From the NCBI RefSeq assembly GCF_009914755.1, contig NC_060940.1: a DNA stretch of 64,000 nt. One strand, written 5' to 3'. Source of the DNA: the human T2T-CHM13v2.0 reference genome, Homo sapiens. The notes under the pieces are model-generated. The model did no database searches. It was not told the DNA's origin and worked only from the letters and a program-made list of their open reading frames with translations. Shown here piece after piece: positions 61,284-64,000 of this stretch (positions are counted from its first letter, which is position 1; each line of letters opens with the position of its first letter). Made by a program: the position numbers and the translations under genes.

Positions 61284-61654
61284 CAGTTGGCCTTTGCACC
61301 ACAGGGGTTTGAACTGTGCACGTCCACTTAGCAAAACCAACAATTCTACATCCTTATCCACACCCTGCCCATGAAAAGGATGAGGATGAAGACCTGTTTG
61401 ATCATCTACTTCCATTTAATAACTAGTAAATCTATTTTCCTTATGATTTTCTTTTTTCTTTTGTCTGGCATGTTTGTTAAGAATACAGTATATAAGACAT
61501 ATAACATATTAAATATGTGTTAATTGACTGTGTTATTTGTAAGGCTTACAGTAGGCTATTAGTAGTTAAGTTTTGGGGGAGTCAAAGTTATAGTGGATTT
61601 TCTACTGTGCAGGGGGCCAGCACCCCAACCTCCGTGTTGCTTAAGGGTCAACTG
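61284..61654. mobile_element. Tigger2a (MER28) DNA transposon relic
   Basis: TIRs cagttggcctttg...taagggtcaactg flanked by TA. Confidence 0.85.
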
Positions 61655-63881
61655 TACATGTTATTTCCTTTCCTGTAAGAGAAAAATGAGAAGGTCTTTT
61701 CTCCAATAAGTGTCTTCAAAATGTAGCAGATTTGAAATGTGTTGGCGCCACCATTTTGCGTCTCATTTTGAAAACTTATTATTTAAAATCGTACTAAAGC
61801 CTACCTTACTTTTCCAACCTTAGAAAAAATGTTCCAAAGAAAAGGGGTGAAACCATGCTAGTTTGCCCTGAAATTTGAAATTATCTTTTAAAAATATATT
61901 TTGACATTAATTACTTCCAAACTAGAGATCAGTTGCATACAAATGGCAGGTCACCCTAATCCACCCTATGACTGCACTTAGATTCATGAGGGATTGTGCC
62001 ATCTAGAAAGGGCAGAGAGGAGGAATAGAGTGCTCTGCGTCTTGAAATATAAACATGCACATAGCCACATGCTTTGATTCTGTTGTCACTGTGTACTTAC
62101 TGCTAGGAAGAGGGCATGTTTGTGTATTTTTATGCAAATTATTATCCAAGTTGTTAATGATTTACGCTTTCAGAACCATATAAAGATATTTTTCCTTTCA
62201 GATATAAACTATCTTGCATTGTTCTTCTGATCATATGAGGGATAAATTTGCCTAAATATTCTTCAGACCATAATAGTATGTCCTTATAAATGCCAGTAGC
62301 AAGAGTAGAATCAACCACAACTGCCTTAGTAATTATTTAAAGCATGTCTGCCTATAAGTAATTGGCATTTTATATAATCAAGAATATTTGATATAATAAT
62401 CTCTCAACTATTTGAAACACGGCTCACATGTATTAATTTTTTAAGCAAATATATATATAATATCAGTGTACATGAAACTAAATTTTGGACTTTAGCACAG
62501 CTTCTTAGAATCCTGACTTAAATGTCTACAGTAATAGTTGGCTTAAAAAAATTTAGCACACTGTCACTATGATGAAAAAAATTACTATAAAATATTTAAA
62601 AAATTGTTCCACCCTAACATTTAGAATATTTTCACATTTGTGGTTAAAACCTATAGTGATTGTTCTTAGAATTTAGATAAAAAATGTTCCAGAAAGATTG
62701 AAGAGAAGCACTTTAGTCAATTTTTAGTTGTTGAAGCATGAAGAAATGGCATTTCATTGACATTTTAAAAATTATTCAGATTCCCTCTTTGAATTCAAGA
62801 GTTTCAAAGATATCTTATTTTAAAATACCAAAATAGGAATAGGATATGAAGGGCTGGTTATGAGTAATATGATACAATTTTATGAGATGACGAGATTACA
62901 ATAACAATACCTCCTCTCATAGAATAGCCAGCAAGTCTCCACTAAATAACAGTGCCTTGATTTTATAGATGTTTAATCATGGATATTGAGTTAATGTGAA
63001 CCATTTGTAGACACAGGAGTTTATTAAAGACTTATATAATATCTTTCAAGTATTTAGAATAGTGTTGAAATTAAGCCTGCATCCCCACGATTTTCAGCGG
63101 TGCTGATGCCTAATAAACTCAGCCCCTTGCATGCCAAAATTGGCTTAAAGCCCATCTGTTACCCAAGCTACACTTCAAGCATCAAGGTTCAAAAATGTGA
63201 TTTTGAATATGCAAGAGTTTGAGGAATTCACTACTCACACTTTCTTGAACAGTCTATCCAAGTGCATCAAGCAAAATGTGAGTAAAGAAATTTTGACCAA
63301 AGGATTGATAGTAATGTTGAATACATTTAATAGTAGATAAGATTAAAAGGTGAAAGTGAGGGTGAGAAGAGTGTATGAATGCTTTGTGTTCTGACAAAGA
63401 GAATGTAACACCCAGGTCCTACCTGCTTGGATGCATTGCCAGTGCCCACCGTAGGCCATTTTATCCAGGTTTTTAGGTTTTGTCTTGTTTTGTTTGGTTT
63501 TTTCCTTTTAAGGAGTGTTAGTCCAAGACCAATAACTCCGTAACTGGTAGATTTGGAAGACTTTAATAGTGCTTAACATTTTGTACATAGCTTTATAACA
63601 GTTTTCTTTTTCTTTTTTTTCTGAGAGATTCTTTTCAATATACCCCATCATGGTTGAAATAAAAAATCATTGCTTATTTAAAATCTACAACTGCTGATGT
63701 TTTGTAACGTTCGCATTCCAGGTAATTGTTTTTTTGTGCATTTTCTGTATTTTTCTCCATCAGTCTACCTAGACATTTGTTAGATTTAATACTTTAATAT
63801 TTTTCTGAAAAAGTGAGCTTTTGCATTTTTAAATATATACCCAGTTGCTTTAATTCTGCTTTTTCGTGTACTATTTCCTCG

Positions 63882-64000
63882 TTTTTTTTGTTTTTTGTTT
63901 TTTTTTTTTTTTTGACACGGAGTCTTGCTCTGTCACCCAAGCTGGAGTGCAGTCGCGTGATCTCTACTCACTGCAACTTCCACCCCCCACGTTCAAGCAA
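63882..64000 (-). mobile_element. Alu right arm (runs off the window)
   Basis: Poly-T then gacacggagtcttgctctgtcaccc. Confidence 0.9.

Overview
Human (great-ape-type) pericentromeric segmental-duplication mosaic, most likely 16p11.2, judged from an IGHV2 orphon matching IGHV2/OR16-5 as I recall it. No conventional protein-coding gene, RNA gene or CRISPR array is present. In order: ~5.2 kb GC-rich intron-like DNA with Alus; a 3.2-kb CAGGG array and a REP522-like block; ~10 kb of probable IGH-derived DNA with nested L1s and an open-frame IGHV2 segment (octamer promoter, leader, intron, V exon, 23-RSS). Next come two direct copies (~19.8-23.9 kb and ~54.5-61.2 kb) of a module: CGGCTTTTTGCCCCCGCCGCCG array, KSR1 exon 1 plus ~2.8 kb of downstream (probably intron 1) DNA, and a GAAAT/GAT satellite. 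The copies are separated by a near-full-length dead L1PA4-like element and ~25 kb of old repeat-rich DNA. The best leads are the satellite-capped KSR1 module, the open KSR1-like frame in copy 2, and the GAAAT array's dense C/EBP-ATF4-type motifs and ~1-kb higher-order structure. All are hypotheses. Repeat subfamily names come from recalled consensus sequences, and boundaries of old repeats are approximate.
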